Of a stretch of DNA of 64,000 nucleotides, positions 28,669 to 39,307 are shown piece by piece (the first letter of the stretch is position 1; every line of letters starts with the position of its first letter). A program made the translations under genes and the position numbers. The notes beneath the pieces were generated by a model, which worked only from the letters and a program-made list of their open reading frames with translations, was not told the DNA's origin and did not search any database. The DNA comes from an uncultured Solirubrobacterales bacterium (GTDB lineage: Bacteria > Actinomycetota > Thermoleophilia > Solirubrobacterales > Solirubrobacteraceae). The stretch lies in NCBI GenBank assembly GCA_963723675.1, contig CAVRRW010000007.1, forward strand, positions 134,527 to 198,526, in the 5' to 3' direction.

Positions 28669-29097
28669 ATGGTTGAGCTGGACCATCGGTTCTCCACGGG
28701 GAAGCCGATCGAGGAGAACTGGGAGGCGATCCTCGACCTCGAGCGGCTGGTGCCGTGCGTGGAGGGAGGCAGCGTCATCGAGCGAACCGATTCGGAGGCG
28801 GTGAAGGCCGAGATCAAGGTGAAGATGGGGGCGATGTCGATGAAGTTCACGGGCACGGTGGCGGTCGTCGAGCAGGATCCCGGGGCTCATCGGGCCCTGA
28901 TACGCGTCAAGTCCAAGGAGGCCGGTGGCCAGGGTCACGCCAACGCCGATGTGGTGTTCTCCCTGTCGGATGGTGGCGGAACGATCCACACCGCCGCGCA
29001 GATCACCGGTAAGGCGGCGTCGATGGGCGAGGGAGTGGTGGTCAGCGTGCTCGACGCGCTGATCAAGGACTTCACCGAGAAGCTCGCCAACATCTAA
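28669..29097 (+). CDS. coxG: CoxG-family SRPBCC protein, no C-terminal membrane anchor
   Basis: W..ILDLERLVPCVEGG, VKMGAMSMKFTG, GKAASMGEGVV..V...LIKDFTEKL; AAGGAG RBS; the protein ends at 142 aa. Confidence 0.88.
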   Translation: MVELDHRFSTGKPIEENWEAILDLERLVPCVEGGSVIERTDSEAVKAEIKVKMGAMSMKFTGTVAVVEQDPGAHRALIRVKSKEAGGQGHANADVVFSLSDGGGTIHTAAQITGKAASMGEGVVVSVLDALIKDFTEKLANI

Positions 29098-29110
29098 AAG
29101 ACCGACGGAG

Positions 29111-29389
29111 ATGGCGCGCAAGACGATGCGACACGTGCGTGAAGGGGAGATCCCGATCGACGGCGGGACTGCTGTCCAGGAGAACCCGGACCGTCCCGTG
29201 TTCAGGGGCAACGGGCCCGACGATCACGTGTGCGTGGAGTGCGGCAACGTGCTCGCGGCGTCGATGCCCCCCGAATACATGAACCGCAAGGTGCGGGTGC
29301 GCTGTGGCCGTTGCAACACGGTCAACGTCGCCGTCGAGGAGCGGGGCGTGGACTACTCCAGGGCGTGGCGGAGAAAGCCGGTCAGCTGA
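29111..29389 (+). CDS. Small zinc-ribbon protein
   Basis: CVECG...CGRCNTVN (two CxxC knuckles); stop overlaps the next ATG. Confidence 0.75.
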   Translation: MARKTMRHVREGEIPIDGGTAVQENPDRPVFRGNGPDDHVCVECGNVLAASMPPEYMNRKVRVRCGRCNTVNVAVEERGVDYSRAWRRKPVS

Positions 29390-30309
29390 TGATCAGAGGA
29401 CAATTGATCAAGCGTGTCCAGCAGTTGGGCGACGAACGCGTGCCGTTCGTGCTCGCGACCGTGGTCCGGGCGCGCCGGCCCACCAGCGTGCGCGCCGGGG
29501 ACAGCGCCGTGGTGCTGGGCGACGGGACGATCGAAGGCTTCGTCGGCGGCGACTGCGCCACGTCGTCGGTGCGCCTGCACTCGCGCAAGGCGCTCGAGAC
29601 CGGGGAACCGGTGCTGCTGCGCCTGGTCCCCGGCGATAGCGAGGACACACACCACGGCGACGCGGTACACGGCACCGTGATCGTCGAGCGCAACCCGTGC
29701 CTGAGCGGCGGCGCGCTCGAGATCTTCCTCGAGCCGCAGCTGCCGGCGCCGCGCATCGTAGTGATCGGTGATGCGCCGATCGCCCGCGCGCTGGCGGAGA
29801 TCGGACGGGCGGCCGGCTACGACGTGGCCGCGTCCGACGCCGAACAAGCGCAACCCGGGCCTGCCGACGCGGCCGTCGTGGTCGCCTCGCACGGGTCGGG
29901 TGAGGAGAGGGTGCTGGGACAAGCGCTCAGCGCCGGTGTCCCGTACGTCGCGCTGGTCGCCAGCAGGGTCCGCGGGGCCGCGGTTCGCGCGGCGCTCGAC
30001 GTGCCCGACGAGCTCCGGCGACAGCTGCACACGCCCGCCGGGATGGACATCGGGGCCCGGACGCCCGCCCAGATCGCAATCGCGATCCTGGCCCAGCTGG
30101 TCGCCGAGCATCATGCGCAGCCGGCGTCTGCAGGGGTGCCTGTGGTCGGCGCAACCGCACCGATGACCGATCCGGTCTGTGGGATGGAGGTGGCGGCCAC
30201 CGATGCGACGCCGCATCTCGATGCCCCCGGCGGCCGGGTGTACTTCTGCTGCTCGGGTTGCCGAGACGCCTACGCCAAGCAGACGACGGGCGATGCCGGC
30301 AGCGGCTAG
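29389..30309 (+). CDS. coxF: XdhC/CoxF-family Mo-cofactor maturation protein with C-terminal YHS/TRASH domain
   Basis: LATVVRARRPTS, EGFVGGDC, CLSGGALEIFLEP, PAGMDIGARTPAQIA; C-terminal DPVCGM...YFCCSGC. Confidence 0.85.
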   Translation: MIRGQLIKRVQQLGDERVPFVLATVVRARRPTSVRAGDSAVVLGDGTIEGFVGGDCATSSVRLHSRKALETGEPVLLRLVPGDSEDTHHGDAVHGTVIVERNPCLSGGALEIFLEPQLPAPRIVVIGDAPIARALAEIGRAAGYDVAASDAEQAQPGPADAAVVVASHGSGEERVLGQALSAGVPYVALVASRVRGAAVRAALDVPDELRRQLHTPAGMDIGARTPAQIAIAILAQLVAEHHAQPASAGVPVVGATAPMTDPVCGMEVAATDATPHLDAPGGRVYFCCSGCRDAYAKQTTGDAGSG

Positions 30310-30907
30310 ACCGACGTCGGCAGGTGGTCGGCCGTTCGTCACGGGCCTCGTGCTCGCCGCCGGCGGCTCCAAGCGACTGGGCCGGCCAAAGCAGCTGCTC
30401 CCCTACGGATCGGGCACCTTGCTGCACCACGTGCTGCAGACCGCGCGGGCGTGCCGATTCGATCAGCTCCTGTGCGTGATCGGCGCGGGCGCCGATGAAG
30501 TCCGCGCCGGCGTCGATCTCAGCGGCCTCGAGGTCGTCGAGAACGGCAGCTTCGGCGAGGGCTGCTCATCGTCGATCGCGGCGGCGCTGAGCGCCGTCGA
30601 CGCGCGGGCGGAGGTGCTGGTGCTGATGCTCGGAGACCAGCCCGGCGTCGAGGCGGAGACGGTTGCGCGGCTGCTCGCGGGGCGGGGGACGGCGCCGCTT
30701 GCGGCCTGCGTCTACGGCGACGGTCGCGGCCATCCGCTCGCTTTCGGGCGCGCTATGTTCGAAGAGCTGGCGAGCCTGCACGGCGACAAGGGCGTGTGGA
30801 AGCTGCTCGACCGGCACCGATCGGAGGTCGCCGACGTGGCGGTGGCTGGACCAATCCCGCGAGACGTGGACACATTGGAGGACTACATGGCGGTACGAGC
30901 CGGATGA
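30293..30907 (+). CDS. mocA: Molybdenum cofactor cytidylyltransferase (MocA-like)
   Basis: LVLAAGGSKRLGRPKQLL, LGDQP, GHP, GDKG, DVDTLEDY. Confidence 0.85.
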   Translation: MPAAARPTSAGGRPFVTGLVLAAGGSKRLGRPKQLLPYGSGTLLHHVLQTARACRFDQLLCVIGAGADEVRAGVDLSGLEVVENGSFGEGCSSSIAAALSAVDARAEVLVLMLGDQPGVEAETVARLLAGRGTAPLAACVYGDGRGHPLAFGRAMFEELASLHGDKGVWKLLDRHRSEVADVAVAGPIPRDVDTLEDYMAVRAG

Positions 30908-31986
30908 ACTCGGTGCTCGACACGATCGAGACGTGGGTGCAGCGCGGGGACAAGGTCGCGGTGGCGACCGTCGTCGACACCAAGAAGTCGGCGCCACAGC
31001 CCGCCGGGACGAAGATGGGCATCAACGAGGTTGGCGAGGTGTGCGGCGCGGTTTCGGGCGGATGCGTCGAGGGCGCGGTCGTCGAGGTCGCTGAGCAGGT
31101 GATCGACGGCGCCCAGCCGCGGCTGCTGCATTACGGGATCGCCGACGAGGACGCCTGGGACGTGGGGCTTCCGTGCGGCGGCGAGATCACGGTCTGGGTG
31201 CAGGGCTACGCCGCGGGCGACCTGCAGGCGCGCTTCACCGAGCTCGCGCAGAGCGGGTTGCGCGCGGCGCTCGTGACCGCGGTCGCGGGCACTGCGCAGC
31301 CGGGCGCGAGGATGCTCGTGCGCGCCGACGGCGAGCCGGAGGGGACGCTCGGCGATCCCGCGCTCGACGGGGCCGCGCTGGCGCTGGCGCGCGAGGCGTT
31401 GTGGTCTGAGGCGACGGAGCTGCACGAGCACGGCGAGGCGAGGCTGTTCATCGACGTCGCGGCGCCGCCCCCGCGGCTGATCATCGTCGGCGCCGTCGAC
31501 TTCGCCGCGCAGCTGTCGGAGGTCGCGCGGCTCGCCGGGTGGCGCCCGTTCGTGATCGATCCGCGCGCCCGGTTTGCGACGCAGGCCCGCTTCCCCGCGG
31601 CCGAGCGCGTGATCGTCGCCTGGCCCGAGGAGGGATTCGCCCACCTCGAGGCGATCGACCCCGCCACCGCGATCGCGGTGCTGACGCACGACCCCAAGCT
31701 CGACGACGCGGCCCTGATCGCCGCGCTGCACTCCGAGGCGAGCTACATCGGCGCGATGGGGAGCCGGCGTGCGCAGGCGCGTCGGCGCGAGCGCCTGCTG
31801 GCCGCCGGGATCGACTCGGCGCTGCTGGACCGGGTGTCGGCGCCGATCGGGCTCGACATCGGGGCGCTCAGCGCCCCGGAGACCGCGCTGTCGATCATGT
31901 CCGAGATCATCGCCCTCAAACACGGCCGCTCGGGCGGCCGGCTGATCGAGTCGCGCGGGCGCATTCACGACGCGGTCGCCGCCTAG
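30904..31986 (+). CDS. xdhC: XdhC/CoxI-family protein
   Basis: KSAPQPAG, GAVSGGCVEG, VGLPCGG, LTHDPKLD, YIGAMGSR, PIGLDIGA..PETA. Confidence 0.88.
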   Translation: MNSVLDTIETWVQRGDKVAVATVVDTKKSAPQPAGTKMGINEVGEVCGAVSGGCVEGAVVEVAEQVIDGAQPRLLHYGIADEDAWDVGLPCGGEITVWVQGYAAGDLQARFTELAQSGLRAALVTAVAGTAQPGARMLVRADGEPEGTLGDPALDGAALALAREALWSEATELHEHGEARLFIDVAAPPPRLIIVGAVDFAAQLSEVARLAGWRPFVIDPRARFATQARFPAAERVIVAWPEEGFAHLEAIDPATAIAVLTHDPKLDDAALIAALHSEASYIGAMGSRRAQARRRERLLAAGIDSALLDRVSAPIGLDIGALSAPETALSIMSEIIALKHGRSGGRLIESRGRIHDAVAA

Positions 31987-31988
31987 TA

Positions 31989-32468
31989 CTACGCGAGCCG
32001 GTCTCGCAGCCGCACCACGTCGGCTCGCTGCCCCGTGAACAGCTCGCAGCGATGGCGGCGATCGAGCCGAGCGCGCCGGATCACGTCGGCCATGAACGCG
32101 TCGCAGGTCACGAGGTCGCACCGCGTCAGCGCGATCGTCAGCGCCTCGAGATCGGCGGCGTCGCTCGCCCGCGGCCGGCGCTCGGGCAGCTCGTACTCGA
32201 TGATCCACTCCATCCGGCGACGCGCCTCGCGTGCGGCACGATCGGGCCGCGCCGGCAGCCGCCGCCCGCCGGACAGCTCGCGCAGCAAATCCAGCAGCCC
32301 GAGATCCGGCCGCGGCCGCGACTCCCGCTCGTGAACGGCCGACTCGACCACCTCGACCACGCCGGCCGCGACCGCCCGCCGAAGTACCGGCTCGAGCTCG
32401 GCGAACGCCGGCTTTCGCTTGACGATGCCGCTGAGGTAGTTCTGGTCGAGATAGAGCCGGACGCTCAC
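31989..32468 (-). CDS. PIN-domain-like protein
   Basis: N-terminal LYLDQN, central [20 protein letters not shown] acidic pattern. Confidence 0.55.
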   Translation of the reverse strand: MSVRLYLDQNYLSGIVKRKPAFAELEPVLRRAVAAGVVEVVESAVHERESRPRPDLGLLDLLRELSGGRRLPARPDRAAREARRRMEWIIEYELPERRPRASDAADLEALTIALTRCDLVTCDAFMADVIRRARLDRRHRCELFTGQRADVVRLRDRLA

Positions 32469-32488
32469 GGGAAGTAGATTCTCGGGCT

Positions 32489-34125
<1,637 letters not shown>

Positions 34126-34129
<4 letters not shown>

Positions 34130-35385
34130 GCGCGGTCGCGGGCAACGGCGCCGTCGCGATCAACCGCGCGGCGCAGGTGCTGCGGCCACCCGAGGACGGG
34201 CTCTCCTATCTGCGCCACCACCGCGCGCGCCAGCTGCGTGCCGAGCCAGGCTCGCTGCTGATCGACGGCGAGACGATCGCGGGGTTCGACGGCGCCGGTG
34301 ACGCCGAGGTGCAGATCGACGCGAGCGGCTGCGCCCTGGTTCCGGGCTTCGTCGATTGCCATACCCACCTCCCGTTCGCCGGCTGGCGGGAGCGCGAGTA
34401 CGAGCTCAAGGTGGCGGGCGAGTCGTATGAGAACATCGCCCGGGCCGGGGGCGGGATCCGCTCCTCGGCGCGGTCGCTGGCGCAGGCCGGCGACGAGCAG
34501 GTGCTGTCGCAGGCCGAACGGCTGGCGACGGAGATGCTCGCGCACGGCACCACCACGTTTGAGTGCAAGAGCGGCTACGGGCTCGCGGCGGAGGGCGAGG
34601 TGCGATCGGTGCGGCTCGCCGCCGCCCTGTCGGCGCGGGTGGTCCAGCGGACCCGCTCCACGGCGCTGCTCGCGCACGCCGTGCCCGAGGGCCATGACTC
34701 GGCGTCGTGGATGGACGCGGTCGCGGAGATGCTGCCCGAGGTCCTCGCCGCCGGCGCGGTCAGTGCGCTTGACATCTACGTGGAGAGTGTCGCGTTCTCA
34801 AACGACGACCTGCGGCGAATGAGCGAGCTCGCCAGGGCGCACTCGCTCGACCTGCGCGCCCACGTCGAGCAGTTCAACGCCAACCACTCCGTCCCGGTCG
34901 CGGTGCAGGCCGGCGCCAGGTCGGTCGACCACCTGTCGTGCCTGCCCGACGACGAGATCCCCGAGCTCGCCGCGTCCGAGACCGCCGCGGTGGTGCTGCC
35001 CGGCGCCGAGCTGATGGGGGAGGAGCGGGTGGCCCCGGGGCGCAAGCTCGCCGACGCCGGCGCGATCTGCGTGCTCGCCACCGACCTCAATCCCGGCACC
35101 TCGCCGATCCTGTCGATGCCGCTGATCATCGGGCTGGCGGTGCGCCGCTACCGGTGGTCGGCGCCCGAGGCGCTGCTGGCGTGCACGCTGAACGCCGCCT
35201 GGGTGCTGCGCATGTCCGACACGGTCGGCTCGCTCGAGGTCGGCAAGCATGCCGACGTGCTCGTGCTGGACGGGCCGATCGAGCGGATCGCCTACCGCTT
35301 CGGCCGCAATCCGGTCGCGGCGGCGATCGTCGGCGGCGCCGTCGTGTACGTGCGACCCGACTGCGCCTGGAGGATCCGCCGGTGA
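34126..35385 (+). CDS. hutI: Imidazolonepropionase
   Basis: GTG 34126 overlaps the hutU stop; [45 protein letters not shown]. Confidence 0.92.
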
Positions 35386-35437
35386 TCGGCGCCGCGGGGG
35401 TCGCGGCCCGGCGTGCGCCACGGGACGGGATCGGCCG

Positions 35438-36631
35438 GTGATCACAGCGGAGGGCATCGCCGCCCGGCTTGCGTCACTGGACGGGGTCGGCGTCGGTCCG
35501 GGCGGGGTCAAGCGGATGGCCTGGAGCGAAGAGGACGCCGCCTCCGGAGCCTGGTTTTCAGACCAGGCGCGACCCGCCGGCTTGGTCGTGCAGCGCGATC
35601 CGGCCGGGAACCTGTGGGCCTGTCCGCAACGGGAACCGCCGTGGTGGGGGGTCGGGTCGCATCTGGACAGCGTCAGCGGCGGCGGGCGCTTCGACGGTCC
35701 GCTAGGGGTCGCCTGCGCCTTCGAGATCGCCGCCGACTCGAAGCGCCCCCTGGCGGTGATCTCGTTCGCCGACGAGGAGGGCGCGCGTTTCAACACGCCG
35801 ACGTTCGGCAGCAAGGCGCTGGCCGGACGCCTGGAGCCGGCCGGGGTGCTGTCACGGCGAGACGAGGCCGGCGTGACCGTGGCGGACGCGATGCGCGACG
35901 CGGGCGTAGATCCCGGCGGCCTGGCCGATGCGCCGGGATGGCTCTCGCGGCTGGCGGGCTTCGTCGAGCTGCACATCGACCAGAGCACCGACGTGGCGCG
36001 TGCCGAGGTGCCGTTCGGGATCGTCAGCTCGCTCGCCGCGCGCCTGCGGCTGGAGGTCGAGCTTCGCGGCCGCGCCGACCACTCGGGGACCACGCCGCCG
36101 AGCGAGCGGCGCGACGCGCTCGCGGCCGCGGCGAGGTTGATCGTTGCCGCGCAGGACTCCGCCGGCGAGGTCACCGTGACCACGACGCGGCTGCTGGTGA
36201 AGCCCAACGCCCCGACCACGATCCCCGTCGAAGTGCGGCTGTGGGTCGACGCGCGGGCGCTGCACCCGGAGGAGATCGAGCGCTGGCTGCGCGGGCTCGA
36301 ACGCGAGGCCTCGCAGCTCGAGGAGCGCAGCGGCGTCGCGATCTCGGTCGGGATCGCTTCGCAATCGGACGCGACTCCGTTCCCGGCATCCGTGCGATCA
36401 CGGCTCGCGCGCGCCGGCGAGGCCGTGCTCGGGCGGCCCGTCCCCGAGGTCGTCTGCTTCGCCGGCCACGACGCCGGCGTGCTTGCCGCGAAGATCCCGG
36501 CCGCGATGGTGCTGGTGCGAAACCCCACCGGCGTCAGCCACTCGCCCGAGGAGTCGGTCGAGCTCGAGGACGCCGCGGTCGCGGCGCGGGTCGTGGCCGG
36601 CGCGCTCGCGGACGTGGACGGGGCCGGCTGA
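35438..36631 (+). CDS. M20 Zn-dependent amidohydrolase (allantoate amidohydrolase/HyuC-like)
   Basis: GSHLDSV..GGRFDGPLGV, FADEEGARF, ELHIDQ, GRADHSGTTP, AGHDA, GVSHSPEE. Confidence 0.88.
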   Translation: MITAEGIAARLASLDGVGVGPGGVKRMAWSEEDAASGAWFSDQARPAGLVVQRDPAGNLWACPQREPPWWGVGSHLDSVSGGGRFDGPLGVACAFEIAADSKRPLAVISFADEEGARFNTPTFGSKALAGRLEPAGVLSRRDEAGVTVADAMRDAGVDPGGLADAPGWLSRLAGFVELHIDQSTDVARAEVPFGIVSSLAARLRLEVELRGRADHSGTTPPSERRDALAAAARLIVAAQDSAGEVTVTTTRLLVKPNAPTTIPVEVRLWVDARALHPEEIERWLRGLEREASQLEERSGVAISVGIASQSDATPFPASVRSRLARAGEAVLGRPVPEVVCFAGHDAGVLAAKIPAAMVLVRNPTGVSHSPEESVELEDAAVAARVVAGALADVDGAG

Positions 36632-36690
36632 TGGCGGCGGCGCTGATGCGGAAGGCGTCGGGCTGATGCCGAAGGCGTCGGGCTGATGCC
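36627..36690. repeat. Short tandem repeat of the TGATG stop/start junction (GCTGATG x4, 15-20 bp period)
   Basis: GGCTGATGCCGAAGGCGTCG units between the M20 stop and the hutF start. Confidence 0.85.
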
Positions 36691-37837
36691 GGTGACCGTG
36701 TCGGTCGCGGCGATGCCGAACGCGCACTCGCACGCCTTCCAGCGGCGGCTGCGCGGCCGCGCCGAGCGCCTCGCTCCAGACCGCGACGACTTCTGGACAT
36801 GGCGCACCGAGATGTACCGCCTCGCCGGCGAGCTCGATCCCGAGGCGATGCGAGCCGTCGCGGAGCAGACCTATCGCGAGATGGTCGGCGCCGGTTACGG
36901 CGCCGTCGGCGAGTTTCACTATGTCCACCACCAGCCCGACGGCACGCCCTACGCGGACCGAAACGCGATGGCGCGGGCGGTCGCCGAGGCCGGGATCGCG
37001 GCCGGGCTTGCGACCGTGATGCTGCCGGCCGCCTATCACCGGGCCGGCTGGGACGGCGCCGACGTGCCCCCGCTCCCGGGCCAGCGGCGCTTCTGCGACC
37101 CCGACGTCGAGGCATTCCTGGATCGGGTCGAGGAGCTGCGGGCGTGGGCCGACGGAGTCGACGGCGTCGCCGTCGGGGTCGCGGCGCACAGCGTCCGGGC
37201 CGTACCCGCACCGTGGCTTGAAGCGATCGCCGAGTACTCCGAGCGCCACGGGCTGGTCCGTCACGTGCACGCGCACGAGCAGCGACGCGAACTGCTGGAA
37301 TGCCAGGCCGAGCACGGCTGCTCGCCGATCGAGCTGCTCGAGCGAACCGGCTTTCTGGGACCCCGCACGAGCGTGATCCACGGCATCCACGTGACGGCGG
37401 ACGACGTCGGGGCGCTCGCCCGGACCGGGACGATCGTGGTCTCGTGCCCCACCACCGAGGGCAATCTCGGCGACGGGTACCTGCCGGCGATGACCTACTC
37501 CGAGGCCCGCGTCCCGCTTGCGATCGGCAGCGACTCGCAGGTGCGAATCGACCCGTTCGAGGAGGCGCGCGAGCTCGAGACGCTCTCGCGTCGCGAGCGA
37601 CAGCTTCGCTCCGGCCTGCTCGCGGCGACCGGCGACCTCTGGCGGGACCTGTGTGCCAACGGCTATCGCAGCCTCGGATTGCCCGACGGCATCGCGCGAC
37701 GCGCTACCGTGCAGCTCGATCTCGAGCATCCCGACCTGCGCGGCATCGACCCGGCCGACCTGCCGCTGGCGCTGGTGACCTGCGCGTCGGCCGGCGTCGT
37801 CGCGGGGGGGCGGTGGCGGGGCGGGCGGGCCGGATAG
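36686..37837 (+). CDS. hutF: Formimidoylglutamate deiminase
   Basis: PNAHSHAFQR, DDFWTWRTEMY, VGEFHYVHH, HSVRAV, HVHAHEQ, CPTTEGNLGDG, GSDS. Confidence 0.92.
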   Translation: MPVTVSVAAMPNAHSHAFQRRLRGRAERLAPDRDDFWTWRTEMYRLAGELDPEAMRAVAEQTYREMVGAGYGAVGEFHYVHHQPDGTPYADRNAMARAVAEAGIAAGLATVMLPAAYHRAGWDGADVPPLPGQRRFCDPDVEAFLDRVEELRAWADGVDGVAVGVAAHSVRAVPAPWLEAIAEYSERHGLVRHVHAHEQRRELLECQAEHGCSPIELLERTGFLGPRTSVIHGIHVTADDVGALARTGTIVVSCPTTEGNLGDGYLPAMTYSEARVPLAIGSDSQVRIDPFEEARELETLSRRERQLRSGLLAATGDLWRDLCANGYRSLGLPDGIARRATVQLDLEHPDLRGIDPADLPLALVTCASAGVVAGGRWRGGRAG

Positions 37838-37849
37838 CATCGGACGGCC

Positions 37850-38503
37850 GTGACTCCCCATCGTTTTGAGCGCATCGGGCACGGAGGCGCGAGCGCCCTG
37901 GCGCCGGCCAACACGCTTGCCTCGTTCGACGCCGCCTGCGACGTCGGCATCGACACGGTGGAATTCGACCTACGCGGGTGGGGCGGCGAGCTGGTGCTCG
38001 CGCACACGATGTTTCACGCCCGCGGCGGGGGGATCATCCGGCTGCGCCAGGCGCTCGAGCATCTGTCGGCTCGTCGCTTTCTCGACGTCGACCTCAACGT
38101 CGACGTCAAGCACGTGGGCTGCGAGCGCGCGCTGATCGACGGCCTGCGCAACTCGCGCCTGCTCGAGCGGACCCTGATTTCCTCACAGGTGCCCGCGGTG
38201 CTGGACCGGGTCCGCGCGCTCGAACCGCGGGCCCGGGTCGGGGTCTCGGTGGGAGGCCGGATGGCCCGGTTCAGCCGACGCTGGAGCGACTGGCGCGCGC
38301 AGGTGCTGGCCGGCCTGGAGAGCCGGCGCTGGGACGCGCTGATGGCCCAGCACCGGCTGGTCGGTCCCAGCCTGCTCGAGGAGGTCGTCGCGCGCAGCGG
38401 CCTGCTCTATGCCTGGACCGTCAACGAGCGTCCCGCGATCGACCGGTTGCGCGCGCTCGGCGTGCACGGGATCGCGACCGCGGATCCGCGTCTGTTCGCA
38501 TAG
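37850..38503 (+). CDS. Glycerophosphodiester phosphodiesterase family protein
   Basis: IGHGG...PANTLASF, VEFD, LNVDVK, AWTVN, GIATADP. Confidence 0.8.
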   Translation: MTPHRFERIGHGGASALAPANTLASFDAACDVGIDTVEFDLRGWGGELVLAHTMFHARGGGIIRLRQALEHLSARRFLDVDLNVDVKHVGCERALIDGLRNSRLLERTLISSQVPAVLDRVRALEPRARVGVSVGGRMARFSRRWSDWRAQVLAGLESRRWDALMAQHRLVGPSLLEEVVARSGLLYAWTVNERPAIDRLRALGVHGIATADPRLFA

Positions 38504-38505
38504 TC

Positions 38506-39240
38506 GTGGCGACGGACGGGTTCAGCGAGCTCGTCGCCCCGGCGCGGCACGGGCGCGTGTTCAGCCAAGAGGTGACCCCGGGCTTCGCCGACTCGGCGCC
38601 GTCCGGACGGGTTCGCCTGGACGCGATCGCGCGCTGGCTGCAGGACGTCGCGTACGCCGACGTGGCCGACGCGGGCCTGGAACGGGCGGCGGTCTGGGTG
38701 GTGCGGCGCACCCGAATTGCGGTCGGCGACTTCCCGCGCTTCGGCGAGCGCTTCGGACTTGCCACCTTCTGCAGCGGCCTCGGGCGGATGTGGGCAGAGC
38801 GCCGGACCACGGTCACCCGGCTGCGGGACTCTTGCGCGTGCGTCGAGGCGGTGTCGCTGTGGATACACCTCGATCCGGCGAGCTGGCGGCCTGCGCCGTT
38901 GAGCGCCGCGGAGCTCGCCGTCTACGGCGACGCCGCTTCGGGACGGCGCGTGCCGGCGCGGCTGCGCCATCCCGCTCCGCGCTCGGCCGACGGGAGCGCG
39001 CCATGGACGTTTCGGGCGACCGAATGCGACCTCGCCGGCCATGTCAACAACGCCGCCTACTGGCAACCGCTCGAGGAGGAGCTGTTGCGCGACAGCGACC
39101 CCCCGTCGATCGACGCCGAGATCGAGTACCGCACTCCGGCCCAGCCGGGGCCGGTGCGCGTCGTGCGTGACGGCGCGTGCAGGTGGATCGTCGACGGCGA
39201 CGGCGAGACGCTCGCCTCGATCGTCGTCGGGGGGTCGTGA
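38506..39240 (+). CDS. Acyl-ACP thioesterase family protein (double hotdog)
   Basis: RVRLDAIARWLQDVA..D, WVVRRT, CDLAGHVNNAAYW. Confidence 0.85.
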   Translation: MATDGFSELVAPARHGRVFSQEVTPGFADSAPSGRVRLDAIARWLQDVAYADVADAGLERAAVWVVRRTRIAVGDFPRFGERFGLATFCSGLGRMWAERRTTVTRLRDSCACVEAVSLWIHLDPASWRPAPLSAAELAVYGDAASGRRVPARLRHPAPRSADGSAPWTFRATECDLAGHVNNAAYWQPLEEELLRDSDPPSIDAEIEYRTPAQPGPVRVVRDGACRWIVDGDGETLASIVVGGS

Positions 39241-39307
39241 GCAGACACGGCCGCTGGATCTCGGCGGCGCCGGCACCGGGCTCGCGAGCGTCTTGCAGCC
39301 TGACACC

